From: a bacterium
GTDB lineage: Bacteria > SZUA-182 > DTGQ01 > JAFGSM01
Length of the DNA: 15,282 nucleotides
Assembly (NCBI GenBank): GCA_049472335.1
Contig: JBLIRO010000100.1
Location: 1 to 15,282 of the forward strand
Direction of reading: 5' to 3'
The translations under genes and the position numbers were made by a program. The notes beneath the pieces were generated by a model. That model searched no databases. It was not told the origin of the DNA and saw nothing but the letters and a program-made list of their open reading frames with translations. Of the stretch, positions 1 to 8,792 are shown piece by piece (the stretch's first letter is position 1; the number at the start of each line of letters is the position of its first letter).

Positions 1-2
1 AA

Positions 3-797
3 ACACAGACAGTCGAGGTAGAGATGGGGATAGATCCGACTTCGGCAGGCACAATAATAGATCCCTGCAACTGGTCAACAGATAATATCATCCGGCTGCA
101 GTTGATCAATCCTGAGGCGGACCTCAAAGACCTCACCGATGACGACTATCTCATATTCGATGTCCGAGAGTCCTCAGCCCAGAAGGATTTCTGGTATGTC
201 CTTCTAGAAACAAGCACGGGCATCGATCAATCCGACAGCTATCCAATGCTCAAATGGAATCCCGAGGAGCTTGTTTGCTCATGCTCCGACAATAATGAAT
301 ATGTCTACCAGTTACGAAGAGGACTGGGCGGGAGCGGAAAACTCCTCATATCCAATATGACACAAACAGACCTTTATCAGACCCTGCCCCAGGACGGAAA
401 AACCACCCTGTATTTTACCATCATCAGGAAAGAAAAAGAGACAGTATCCGAAATACAGAATCCCGGCGGTCATATACTGCCATGGTCAGGGGTATTCCCC
501 GGAGCTTTCGGATGGCCGTCTTTCCCCGCAACGGGCGGATTTCCCGGAAACCTCCCCTTTCAAACAACAACCGGCTATCCGCCGGGTATAGGCAGGGGAG
601 TCTTCCCCTGGACCTTGCCAGGATATGCCCCCATAGAATACCTCTATCCGGGATGGAGAACCGCATATGATTTCCCGTTTAGCTTTACCGGAGCGGGGTT
701 GTTTCCGACAGGTGAGAACAATCTGTCAGGCCTTTACCGGACAGGATTTTCAGGTATGGATATTCCACTTATGTATTGGTACTGTCCCAATCCTTAA
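3..797 (+). CDS. Hypothetical protein, probably 5'-truncated by the window edge, with a C-terminal Gly/Pro/Phe/Trp/Tyr-rich low-complexity tail
   Basis: The frame of ORF 24..797 is open back to position 3 (TQTVEVEMGIDP...), so the real start is likely upstream. An acidic globular-looking part is followed by ~110 aa of GFPG/WP/YP-rich sequence. Confidence 0.7.
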   Translation, partial: TQTVEVEMGIDPTSAGTIIDPCNWSTDNIIRLQLINPEADLKDLTDDDYLIFDVRESSAQKDFWYVLLETSTGIDQSDSYPMLKWNPEELVCSCSDNNEYVYQLRRGLGGSGKLLISNMTQTDLYQTLPQDGKTTLYFTIIRKEKETVSEIQNPGGHILPWSGVFPGAFGWPSFPATGGFPGNLPFQTTTGYPPGIGRGVFPWTLPGYAPIEYLYPGWRTAYDFPFSFTGAGLFPTGENNLSGLYRTGFSGMDIPLMYWYCPNP

Positions 798-811
798 ATA
801 TCAGATGTCTA

Positions 812-857
812 TAGGGTTAATCCTTCACTTTTTTCAAAAAAGTGAGGGATGAACCTA
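812..857. terminator. Long near-perfect inverted repeat, possible intrinsic terminator or palindromic element
   Basis: ATCCTTCACTTTTTT-C-AAAAAAGTGAGGGAT (820-850), extendable with TAGGGTT/AACCTA. It starts 15 bp after the stop of the first ORF. Confidence 0.55.
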
Positions 858-929
858 GCTTTAATTCTTATATTAGCAGGCTAAATATAAGACATGGCTT
901 AGAAAAGACTTTTAAAAAAAGGGAGAAAA

Positions 930-1148
930 ATGATGCAGCTCTTCAAGAAATATAAATTAATCGGTCTCATAATCTTATTAACGGTATTAACATTTTTTTA
1001 TCAAAGGCTTACGCACAGGAACTATTTTCCGAGTATCAATCCATACCTACTCAGGGGGCAATAGGCTGGGAGAACTTTACCATTTTTATAATGATATGAC
1101 ATATAATATATAGATTCGAAGATCTACAAGTGGGACGGCAGCTCATTT
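930..1148 (+). pseudogene. Disrupted 5' end (signal peptide and first EAR repeat) of the EAR/EPTP-repeat gene
   Basis: GGGAG SD and ATG at 930 give MMQLFKKYKLIGLIILLTVLTFF. After T7 (993-999) the text continues in another frame as LSKAYA|QELFSEYQSIPTQGAIGWENFTI, then YNDMTYNI in a third frame, then DSKIYKWDGSSFV in frame with ORF 1149. Confidence 0.8.
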
Positions 1149-2340
1149 GTGGAGTATCAATCTATCCCCACACAGGGAGCTGTTGAGTGGGAAAACTTTA
1201 CTATAGGCTCCGATATCTTTCTTGCGATCGCCAATTTTAGAAGCGGTGATATATATAACATCTATTCAAAAATATACAAGTGGAATGGAAGTTTATTTGT
1301 GGAATATCAATCCATCCCCACCAACGGAGCACTTGCTTGGGAGAGCTTTACCATAGGCTCTAGTACCTTTCTAGCAGTTGCCAACTTTGGTGATAACTCC
1401 ACACATAACGTCAATTCAAAGATCTACAGGTGGAATGGAAACCTGTTTGTGGAATACCAATCCATACTAACCAACGGGGCTGCATACTGGGAGAGCTTTA
1501 CCATAGGCTCTGATACCTTCCTGACACTTGCCGGTTATCTTGGTAAGCCAACACCTAATGCTGATTCAAAGATCTACAGGTGGAATGGGAGCTTATTTGT
1601 GGAAATACAATCCATCTCCACAAATGATGAAGCGATTCATTGGGAGAGTTTTACCATAGGTTCTGATACCTTCCTGGCAGTTGCCTGTCATCTTTCTCCC
1701 GGTTACGGATATAACCTCGATTCAAAGATATATAAGTTCAACAGGGGATTTTTTGCGGAATTTCAATCCATACCCACCCAGGGGGCGGCTGAGTGGGAGT
1801 ATTTTACTATCGGGTCCGATATCTTTCTTGTAATTGCCAATTGTTACGATGATTCATCAAGTAATATCTGGTCAAAGATCTACAAGTGGAATGGAGGCTC
1901 ATTCGTAGAGTTTCAGACCCTTTACACTCATGGGGTCCGTGATTGGGAGAGCTTTATCATCGGTACTGACACCTTCCTGGCGGTTGCCAATGGTCATGAT
2001 GGTTCCTCACATAACGTTGATTCAAAGATCTACAAGTGGTATGGGAATTCATTTGTGGAATACCAAACCATCCCCACTCATGGTGCTGCCAACTGGGAGT
2101 TCATTACCATCGGCACAGATATCTTTCTTGTCGTTGCCAATGCTCGGAATGATTCAACCTGGGACGTTGATTCAAAGATCTACAAGTGGTATGGAAGCTC
2201 GTTTGTGGAATATCAATCTATCTCCACTCAGGGAGCAGTAGATTGGGAGAGCTTTAGTATCGGCACTGATACCTTCCTTGCAGTTGCTAATTATAATAAT
2301 AATGCCACATATAAAATCGATTCAAAGATTTACAAAATCT
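1031..2340 (+). repeat. Intragenic ~150-bp tandem repeat array (1 damaged and 8 intact units)
   Basis: TCAAAGATCTACAAGTGG and TGGGAGAGCTTTAC-like motifs recur at ~150-bp spacing. A 31-bp block is identical at 2014-2044 and 2164-2194. Confidence 0.9.
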
Positions 2341-2717
2341 ACAAAGAAGAAGTTGTCCCCGTTTGCCCTGCCGATGTTGATAATGACTGCGAACTGACTG
2401 TCTTTGACCTGGTATTAATAAACAGATGCATTCAGGGATTTTCGGTCATAGTGCCAACCTTATGGCGCCAGCTATATCCGGATATTCCATCGGATGAGGA
2501 CATATGCAAGAAAGTCGATGAATGTAAGAGTTATTATAATGTCGACACCCGCGATGACCTAACCGTCTTTGATCTGGTCATCATAAATAGATATATACAG
2601 GGCTTTCCCACTATTGTGCCTAATGCCTGGCGCACACTCTATCCTGAGATTCCCCCTGATTCAGAGATTGCTGAAAAAGTTGAGGCATTAAGGCCAAAAT
2701 GTACACTTAGAAAATGA
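1149..2717 (+). CDS. EAR/EPTP-repeat (TSPEAR-like) beta-propeller protein with tandem dockerin-like C-terminal repeats; open remainder of a gene originally starting at 930
   Basis: Eight ~50-aa repeats, consensus EYQSIPTxGAxxWExFTIGxDxFLAVANxxxxxxxNxDSKIYKWxGxxFV, matching the EAR repeat pattern. The C-terminus has two (D/N)VDxxxxLTVFDLVxINRxIQG motifs. The GTG at 1149 lies mid-repeat and has no SD. Confidence 0.8.
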   Translation: MEYQSIPTQGAVEWENFTIGSDIFLAIANFRSGDIYNIYSKIYKWNGSLFVEYQSIPTNGALAWESFTIGSSTFLAVANFGDNSTHNVNSKIYRWNGNLFVEYQSILTNGAAYWESFTIGSDTFLTLAGYLGKPTPNADSKIYRWNGSLFVEIQSISTNDEAIHWESFTIGSDTFLAVACHLSPGYGYNLDSKIYKFNRGFFAEFQSIPTQGAAEWEYFTIGSDIFLVIANCYDDSSSNIWSKIYKWNGGSFVEFQTLYTHGVRDWESFIIGTDTFLAVANGHDGSSHNVDSKIYKWYGNSFVEYQTIPTHGAANWEFITIGTDIFLVVANARNDSTWDVDSKIYKWYGSSFVEYQSISTQGAVDWESFSIGTDTFLAVANYNNNATYKIDSKIYKIYKEEVVPVCPADVDNDCELTVFDLVLINRCIQGFSVIVPTLWRQLYPDIPSDEDICKKVDECKSYYNVDTRDDLTVFDLVIINRYIQGFPTIVPNAWRTLYPEIPPDSEIAEKVEALRPKCTLRK

Positions 2718-2778
2718 GTGCAGGATAACAACGAATACAAATCAAAAGAGCTTACCTGCATGGCATAGTAAAAGAATG

Positions 2779-2823
2779 TCCCGGGGGCAACATTTCAAGA
2801 CCCGGCCCCGGGGATTTCTGTTT
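2779..2823 (+). terminator. GC-rich hairpin, possible terminator after the EAR-repeat gene
   Basis: TCCCGGGG...CCCCGGGA stem followed by TTTCTGTTT. The loop is long, so support is weak. Confidence 0.35.
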
Positions 2824-2942
2824 GCCCCCTGATTCTTGTAAGGCAAGACCCGCATTTGAGTTTCTTGACGAAATTGTCAGAATAATCCTGATAAATCGAA
2901 AAAGCAGGTTTTGGCCCGGCCCTGATGAAGCCATATTTCATC

Positions 2943-2971
2943 TTGCATAAAAGGGATCTTTCTGTTAATAT
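2943..2971 (+). promoter_or_regulatory. Putative sigma70 promoter for proS
   Basis: TTGCAT-17 bp-TAATAT with TG extended -10, in an AT-rich stretch ~58 bp upstream of the start codon. Confidence 0.5.
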
Positions 2972-3028
2972 TATTTATTTATATAGACTTATTTATATAC
3001 AAAGAAAACAAGGTGTTTTGGAGGAGTT

Positions 3029-4780
3029 TTGAGATATTCTCAAATGCTTATACCCACGTTAAGGGAGACCCCTGGAGAGGCAGAGATCGTCAGTCATTCC
3101 CTTATGTTGAGGTCCGGCCTTATCAGGAAGGTTGCTGCCGGTATCTATGATTTCCTTCCGCTTGGATGGCGGGTAATGAAAAAGGTCGAACAGATCATAC
3201 GTGAAGAGATGGATCAGGCGGGGGCGCAGGAGGTATTTCTCCCTGTCCTTTGTCCTGCTGAGTTATGGCAGGAAAGCGGCCGGTGGGAGGTGTATGGGAA
3301 GGAATTGATGAGAATGCTCGACCGCCATAACCGTCAATTTTGTTTAGGGCCAACCCATGAAGAAGTGATCACGGACCTCGTCCGGCGGGAAATACACTCT
3401 TACAGGCAGCTTCCGGTCAACCTTTATCAGATACAGACAAAGTTCAGGGACGAGATCCGCCCCAGATTCGGACTGATGAGGGGCAGGGAATTCATGATGA
3501 AGGATGGATACAGCTTTGACAGGGATGAGGCAGGGGCGGAAAATACTTATTCATCAATGTATAATGCATACAATCGGATATTTATTCGCTGCGGTCTAAG
3601 GTTCAAGGCGGTTGAAGCTGATACCGGTCCGATCGGGGGAAGCTTTTCCCACGAATTCATGGTGCTTGCCGAGTCCGGAGAGGATGCCATCGTAAGCTGT
3701 TCCGGGTGTGCTTATGCCTCTAACCTGGAAAAGGCTGAATGTCCGGAGCCGGTTCGCGGCGAGGACATTCATGGGGACAAGATGGTGGATATGGAATCCG
3801 TGCAGACACCCGGCAAAAAGGCGGTAGAAGATGTTTGCGCGTTTTTGGGCCGCCGGCCGGAAGAGCTGGTTAAGACGCTTATCTATATCCAGGACGGCAA
3901 ACCTGTAGCGGCCCTGGTAAGGGGTGATCATGAGGTTAATGAGGTCAAACTGAGGAACCTGCTTGGTGCTTCAGATGTCACGCTTGCGGATGAGGAAACC
4001 ATAGAAGCCGTGACACATGCGCCGAGCGGATTTTCAGGTCCTGTAGGTATAAAGGGAATCCCGGTCATAGCTGATTTTTCCATAAAATGGATAGTCAATT
4101 TCGTGGTTGGAGCTAACAGGGCGGATGCCCATTTGATAAATGTTAATCTGGAGCGTGATTTCAGGCCTGACCGGTTTGCGGATCTACGGGTTGTAACAGA
4201 TAAGGATTTATGCCCCAGGTGTGGGAGTAAAATGTATTTCCACAGAGGGATCGAGGTCGGGCATGTATTCAAACTGGGGACAAAATACAGCAAGGCTATG
4301 AAGGCCACATTCCTTGACGAGGAGGGGAAAGAGCAGTTTATGGTAATGGGTTGTTATGGTATAGGGGTTGGAAGGACCATGGCTGCTGCCATAGAACAGA
4401 ATAATGACAAGGAAGGCATTATTTGGCCATTTCCCATTGCGCCGTTTCAAGTTCATATTCTTCCCCTGAACATGGATAATACCGACGTTTCCATAGCAGG
4501 GGAGGAGATTTATCAGGGACTTGTGAAAGAAGGCATAGAAGTGCTTCTCGATGATCGGGATGAAAGCCCCGGAATAAAATTCAAGGATGCGGATCTTTTG
4601 GGGATGCCGCTTAGGGTGACTGTGGGGATAAAATCCCTAAAAGAAGGAAAGATTGAGCTAAAATGGCGGGATTCGAAAGACGCAACAAAGGTGGATCGCA
4701 CCCATGTGGTTGATAAAGTCCGGGAGATGATCACTTCAAGAAAAAAAATCATAGATTCCAGTCTGGAATCTTACCCATAA
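3029..4780 (+). CDS. proS: Proline--tRNA ligase (bacterial type with INS editing domain)
   Basis: Motifs LGPTHEE, QIQTKFRDEIRPRFGLMRGREFMMKDGYSF, GIEVGHVFKLGTKYS, MGCYGIGVGR; YbaK-like insertion; TTG start with GGAGG SD. Confidence 0.98.
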   Translation: MRYSQMLIPTLRETPGEAEIVSHSLMLRSGLIRKVAAGIYDFLPLGWRVMKKVEQIIREEMDQAGAQEVFLPVLCPAELWQESGRWEVYGKELMRMLDRHNRQFCLGPTHEEVITDLVRREIHSYRQLPVNLYQIQTKFRDEIRPRFGLMRGREFMMKDGYSFDRDEAGAENTYSSMYNAYNRIFIRCGLRFKAVEADTGPIGGSFSHEFMVLAESGEDAIVSCSGCAYASNLEKAECPEPVRGEDIHGDKMVDMESVQTPGKKAVEDVCAFLGRRPEELVKTLIYIQDGKPVAALVRGDHEVNEVKLRNLLGASDVTLADEETIEAVTHAPSGFSGPVGIKGIPVIADFSIKWIVNFVVGANRADAHLINVNLERDFRPDRFADLRVVTDKDLCPRCGSKMYFHRGIEVGHVFKLGTKYSKAMKATFLDEEGKEQFMVMGCYGIGVGRTMAAAIEQNNDKEGIIWPFPIAPFQVHILPLNMDNTDVSIAGEEIYQGLVKEGIEVLLDDRDESPGIKFKDADLLGMPLRVTVGIKSLKEGKIELKWRDSKDATKVDRTHVVDKVREMITSRKKIIDSSLESYP

Positions 4781-4798
4781 AAAGGGGGTTAAATAGAG

Positions 4799-5143
4799 AT
4801 GTTTTATGATGAAGACTCTTATGAAAAGAAGGATGAATTAAAGAGGCTTTTTAAAAAACTAGGTGAGGTTATCAATGATACCTTGTCCCATTCCAAAGAG
4901 GTCCAGGACATATTGAGCCGTATAAGGATTTTTGGGCTTGGCGTGGACCTCTCTATGGTGGTAGGGCTTGGGCTTCATGCCCGGTCTGATTCAGACCAGG
5001 AGGGTGTTCTTGGCCCGGAGAAAGTGAGCGAGGGGGAAATAAGATTTGAACTGACATCCGGAGACAGGGCTTTCCTTGAGCACAATAAGATCAGATTAAA
5101 CATAGACATAGATCATGACATTACGGATGGCGCTCAAAACTAG
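4799..5143 (+). CDS. Small acidic hypothetical protein
   Basis: 114-aa ORF filling the gap after proS, GGGGG SD-like site upstream; helical N-terminus (LKRLFKKLGEVINDTLS) and C-terminal FELTSGDRAFL. Confidence 0.8.
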   Translation: MFYDEDSYEKKDELKRLFKKLGEVINDTLSHSKEVQDILSRIRIFGLGVDLSMVVGLGLHARSDSDQEGVLGPEKVSEGEIRFELTSGDRAFLEHNKIRLNIDIDHDITDGAQN

Positions 5144-5250
5144 CCACGTTTTCAGCACACAAACCGTAAATAATTAGTAACGGATATCATGGAAAGCCAC
5201 CTTCCTGAGGATCTAAATTAAATAATCATATAATTATCGGGAGGCACATA

Positions 5251-6612
5251 ATGAACGAACGTAAGATTCTTCTCGGAGAAAAAGATATACCTCGTTATTG
5301 GTACAATATTCTTCCTGAGTTGAAAACACCCATGGCCCCTCCACTCAATCCCGGGACACAGAAACCCATTGATCCCAAGGACTTATCCGCCATATTCCCC
5401 ATGTCACTGATAGAACAGGAGATGAGTTTGAAACCGGAGATCCCCATCCCTGCAGAATTGATGGATATATATAGTCTTTGGAGGCCAACACCTATGTTCC
5501 GTGCGTTTAACCTGGAGAAGGCTTTGGATACTCCCGCAAAGATCTATTACAAATACGAAGGGGTAAGCCCTCCGGGAAGTCACAAGCCGAATACTGCCGT
5601 TGCCCAGGCCTATTATAATAAACAGGCTGGTATAAAGCGTCTGACAACAGAGACAGGCGCCGGACAATGGGGAAGTGCGCTTAGCTTTGCGTGTAGTTTT
5701 TTCGGCCTGGAATGTAAGGTGTATATGGTAAAGGTAAGCTACCAGCAAAAGCCTTATCGCCGCTCTATGATGGAGGTCTGGGGGAGCACTGTCGTCCCCA
5801 GCCCCAGTAACGAAACACAGGCCGGGCGCAATATCCTCGCAAAAGACCCTGATTCTCTGGGAAGCCTGGGTATAGCCATCAGCGAGGCTGTCGAGGATGC
5901 AGCTACACATGAAGGCACCAATTACTCCCTGGGAAGCGTCTTGAATCATGTCCTCCTTCATCAAACCATAGTCGGATTGGAAGCCAAAAAGCAGTTTGAG
6001 ATTGCCGGGGTGAAACCGAATGTAATAATCGGCTGTTGCGGAGGCGGAAGCAATTTTGGCGGCTTTATGATACCCTTTGTTAGAGACAAAATGGCTGGGG
6101 CGGATATTCGCTTCGTGGCTGTCGAGCCCACTGCGTGCCCAACCTTTACAAGGGGAGAATTCCGTTATGATTTCGGTGATACGGCTCAAATGACCCCTTT
6201 GATGAAGATGTATACCTTAGGACATGATTTTGTGCCTGCGGGTATTCATGCGGGAGGCCTCAGATATCACGGGGATGCTCCATTGCTCAGCCATCTCGTT
6301 AAAGAGGGGATTGTGGAAGGGGCGGCATATCATCAAAATCCTGTATTTGAAAGCGCTATATTGTTCGCTAAGACTGAGGGGATAATACCTGCTCCTGAGG
6401 CGGCCCATGCTATAAAGTCAGCTATAGAAGAGGCAAATAGGTGCAAAGATGAAGGCAAGGAAAAGGTAATAGCCTTTAATCTAAGTGGGCATGGTTATTT
6501 TGACCTTGCCGCCTATGATGCCTATCTGGCTGACAAACTCGAGGATTATGAGCATCCGGGCCAGAAGATAAAAGAGGCCTTAAGCAGGCTGCCGGTTGTG
6601 GAGGGATATTGA
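5251..6612 (+). CDS. trpB2: TrpB2-type tryptophan synthase beta-like PLP-dependent enzyme
   Basis: [11 protein letters not shown] lysine motif [55 protein letters not shown]. Confidence 0.95.
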   Translation: MNERKILLGEKDIPRYWYNILPELKTPMAPPLNPGTQKPIDPKDLSAIFPMSLIEQEMSLKPEIPIPAELMDIYSLWRPTPMFRAFNLEKALDTPAKIYYKYEGVSPPGSHKPNTAVAQAYYNKQAGIKRLTTETGAGQWGSALSFACSFFGLECKVYMVKVSYQQKPYRRSMMEVWGSTVVPSPSNETQAGRNILAKDPDSLGSLGIAISEAVEDAATHEGTNYSLGSVLNHVLLHQTIVGLEAKKQFEIAGVKPNVIIGCCGGGSNFGGFMIPFVRDKMAGADIRFVAVEPTACPTFTRGEFRYDFGDTAQMTPLMKMYTLGHDFVPAGIHAGGLRYHGDAPLLSHLVKEGIVEGAAYHQNPVFESAILFAKTEGIIPAPEAAHAIKSAIEEANRCKDEGKEKVIAFNLSGHGYFDLAAYDAYLADKLEDYEHPGQKIKEALSRLPVVEGY

Positions 6613-6627
6613 GAATAGGGAGGATTG

Positions 6628-7827
6628 ATGAAGATAGTATTACCCGATGAGAAGGGTCACTTCGGACCCTACGGGGGTAAATATGTACCCGAAACACTCA
6701 TGTCAGCCCTGGAGGAATTGGAAACAGCCTATGCAGAGGTAAAAGAGGACAGGGCGTTTCAAGAGGAGCTGGGGTACTACCTCACCAGCTATGCAGGCAG
6801 ACCTACCCCCTTGTATTTTGCCAAGAGGCTTACCGACTATTTTGGTGGCGCACGGATCTATCTTAAGAGGGAGGACCTTTGCCACACGGGGGCCCACAAG
6901 ATCAATAACACCCTTGGTCAGGTCCTTCTGGCTAGGAGGATGGGAAAGACACGTATAATTGCCGAGACCGGCGCGGGACAGCATGGAGTTGCAACCGGCA
7001 CGGCATCGGCTATGTTTGGGCTTGAATGTCAGATCTATATGGGAGTTGAGGATATAAAACGCCAGGCATTGAATGTCTTTCGTATGAAGCTCCTGGGGGC
7101 GGAAGTCACGCCGGTCGAGGCGGGCAGCCAGACATTAAAGGACGCAATGAATGAGGCTATACGTGACTGGGTTACTACTGTAAGGACAACCCATTATGTG
7201 ATAGGGTCCGTGGCCGGGCCTCATCCATATCCGATGATGGTGAGGGATTTCCAGGCGGTTATAGGTAATGAAACGGAGAGGCAGCTTCAGGAACTGGAGG
7301 GCAGGGGGCCTGATTGCCTTTTGGCCTGTGTAGGCGGAGGCAGCAACTCCATGGGCCTGTTCTACCGTTTTTTGGAAAATGAGAGCGTAGAAATGATCGG
7401 AGTGGAGGCCGGCGGTCTGGGGGTGGAGACGGGAAAACACGCGGCTCCCCTCTGTCACGGCAGCATAGGGGTCCTTCATGGGAGTAAAAGTTATTTATTG
7501 CAGGATGAGGACGGACAGATAAAGATCGCGCACTCTGTTTCCGCGGGATTGGATTATCCGGGGGTAGGCCCTGAACACAGCTTTTTGAAGGATTCCGGGA
7601 GGGTCAGTTACAAGGTCATTACAGACCGGGAAGCACTGGAGGCATTCCGGTTATGTTCTGAGCAGGAGGGAATAATCCCTGCCCTGGAAAGCGCGCATGC
7701 CTTGGCATATCTCAAGAAGTTGGCTCCTTCCCTGGATCCGGAAAAGATCATTGTCGTATGCCTTTCAGGAAGAGGCGATAAGGATGTCCAACAGGTGGCA
7801 GAGATCCTGGAGAGGGGTAATGGATAG
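6628..7827 (+). CDS. trpB: Tryptophan synthase beta chain (TrpB1)
   Basis: [61 protein letters not shown] 6628 is preferred to TTG 6625 on SD spacing. Confidence 0.98.
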   Translation: MKIVLPDEKGHFGPYGGKYVPETLMSALEELETAYAEVKEDRAFQEELGYYLTSYAGRPTPLYFAKRLTDYFGGARIYLKREDLCHTGAHKINNTLGQVLLARRMGKTRIIAETGAGQHGVATGTASAMFGLECQIYMGVEDIKRQALNVFRMKLLGAEVTPVEAGSQTLKDAMNEAIRDWVTTVRTTHYVIGSVAGPHPYPMMVRDFQAVIGNETERQLQELEGRGPDCLLACVGGGSNSMGLFYRFLENESVEMIGVEAGGLGVETGKHAAPLCHGSIGVLHGSKSYLLQDEDGQIKIAHSVSAGLDYPGVGPEHSFLKDSGRVSYKVITDREALEAFRLCSEQEGIIPALESAHALAYLKKLAPSLDPEKIIVVCLSGRGDKDVQQVAEILERGNG

Positions 7828-8620
7828 GATAAGTCAGGTTTTTCAGATGGAGAGAGAGAAGGGCCGAAAGGTCTTTATCCCGTTTGTTACAGCAGGAGAT
7901 CCTGATCTTGGAACAACACGAAGACTTGTTCTGTTGTTAGAGAAAAATGGAGCGGATATAATAGAACTGGGTGTTCCCTTTTCAGATCCGCTCGCGGACG
8001 GACCAGTCATCCAGAGGGCCTCACAAAGGGCCCTTGCCTGTAAAATAAACCTTAAAAGGATATGTCATTTTGTCAGCGAGCTTCGCGCAGAGACAGAGAT
8101 TCCTATTGCATTGATGAGTTATTATAATGCCATTTTACATCCCGGCCTCGATGTCTCCTTCAGGATGATGTCAGATGCCGGAGTCAATGGTTTGATTTGT
8201 CCGGATCTCCCTCCTGAGGAGGGAGAGGAATTAATAAATCTGGGACATAAAAACGGGATCGCCTGTGTGTTTTTTCTGGCCCCTACAAGCACACAAAAAA
8301 GGATAAAATTCGTTGCGGAAAGGGCTTCGGGCTTTATATATTATGTTTCCATAACAGGTGTGACAGGTGCGAGGGAGGACCTTCCCCTCGAGATTCAAGA
8401 TCACCTGAAACAAATAAAATCGGTTACTGATAAACCTGTGGCCGTGGGTTTCGGTGTGTCAAGACCTGAACAGGCAGCCAGGATCTCTCGGTGGGCTGAT
8501 GGAGTTATTGTTGGAAGCGCCATCATAAAGATACTCGAGGAAAATCCCTTTTCGGAGGATACTTTCCGGCGGATCGGGGAGTTTGCGTCTCAGATTAAAC
8601 ACGCAATGGAGACAAGTTAA
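7820..8620 (+). CDS. trpA: Tryptophan synthase alpha chain
   Basis: [52 protein letters not shown]. Start moved to ATG 7820 (MDRISQVF), which overlaps the trpB stop. Confidence 0.97.
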   Translation: MDRISQVFQMEREKGRKVFIPFVTAGDPDLGTTRRLVLLLEKNGADIIELGVPFSDPLADGPVIQRASQRALACKINLKRICHFVSELRAETEIPIALMSYYNAILHPGLDVSFRMMSDAGVNGLICPDLPPEEGEELINLGHKNGIACVFFLAPTSTQKRIKFVAERASGFIYYVSITGVTGAREDLPLEIQDHLKQIKSVTDKPVAVGFGVSRPEQAARISRWADGVIVGSAIIKILEENPFSEDTFRRIGEFASQIKHAMETS

Positions 8621-8790
8621 TGATCAATCGGGATAATAAAAGAAGATTCCCAGGTATCACTATTTATATTTGTATAGGCCTGTTAATCCTTTTCTTAGGT
8701 TTTCTGTCCGGCTGTGGATGTCTGTTGCCTGACGACGTGCCATGTGTTCCCGGCGTTCGTCAAGGTTTATGTAAAGGGTTTCGGAAATAA
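8620..8790 (+). CDS. Uncalled 56-aa putative small Cys-rich lipoprotein
   Basis: The ATG overlaps the trpA stop (TAATG), GGAG SD at 8608-8611. Translation: [56 protein letters not shown]. It stops 2 nt before the bamD start. Confidence 0.7.
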   Translation: MINRDNKRRFPGITIYICIGLLILFLGFLSGCGCLLPDDVPCVPGVRQGLCKGFRK

Positions 8791-8792
8791 AA

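Noticed and set aside
1031..2340. Diversity-generating retroelement TR/VR pair or CRISPR array
   Set aside because: The repeats are in-frame coding units, differences are not obviously adenine-specific, and no reverse transcriptase is present.
2718..3028. T-box riboswitch or ncRNA upstream of proS
   Set aside because: No recognisable T-box consensus with specifier loop and terminator, and the likely promoter lies only ~58 bp from the start.
5144..5250. trp leader peptide or attenuator
   Set aside because: The short ORF at 5189 ([10 protein letters not shown]) has no Trp codons, and no terminator/antiterminator structure is evident.
7697..7819. N-terminal extension of TrpA in the ORF track
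   Set aside because: It overlaps trpB by 131 bp. ATG 7820 has an SD-like sequence and gives a canonical TrpA length.
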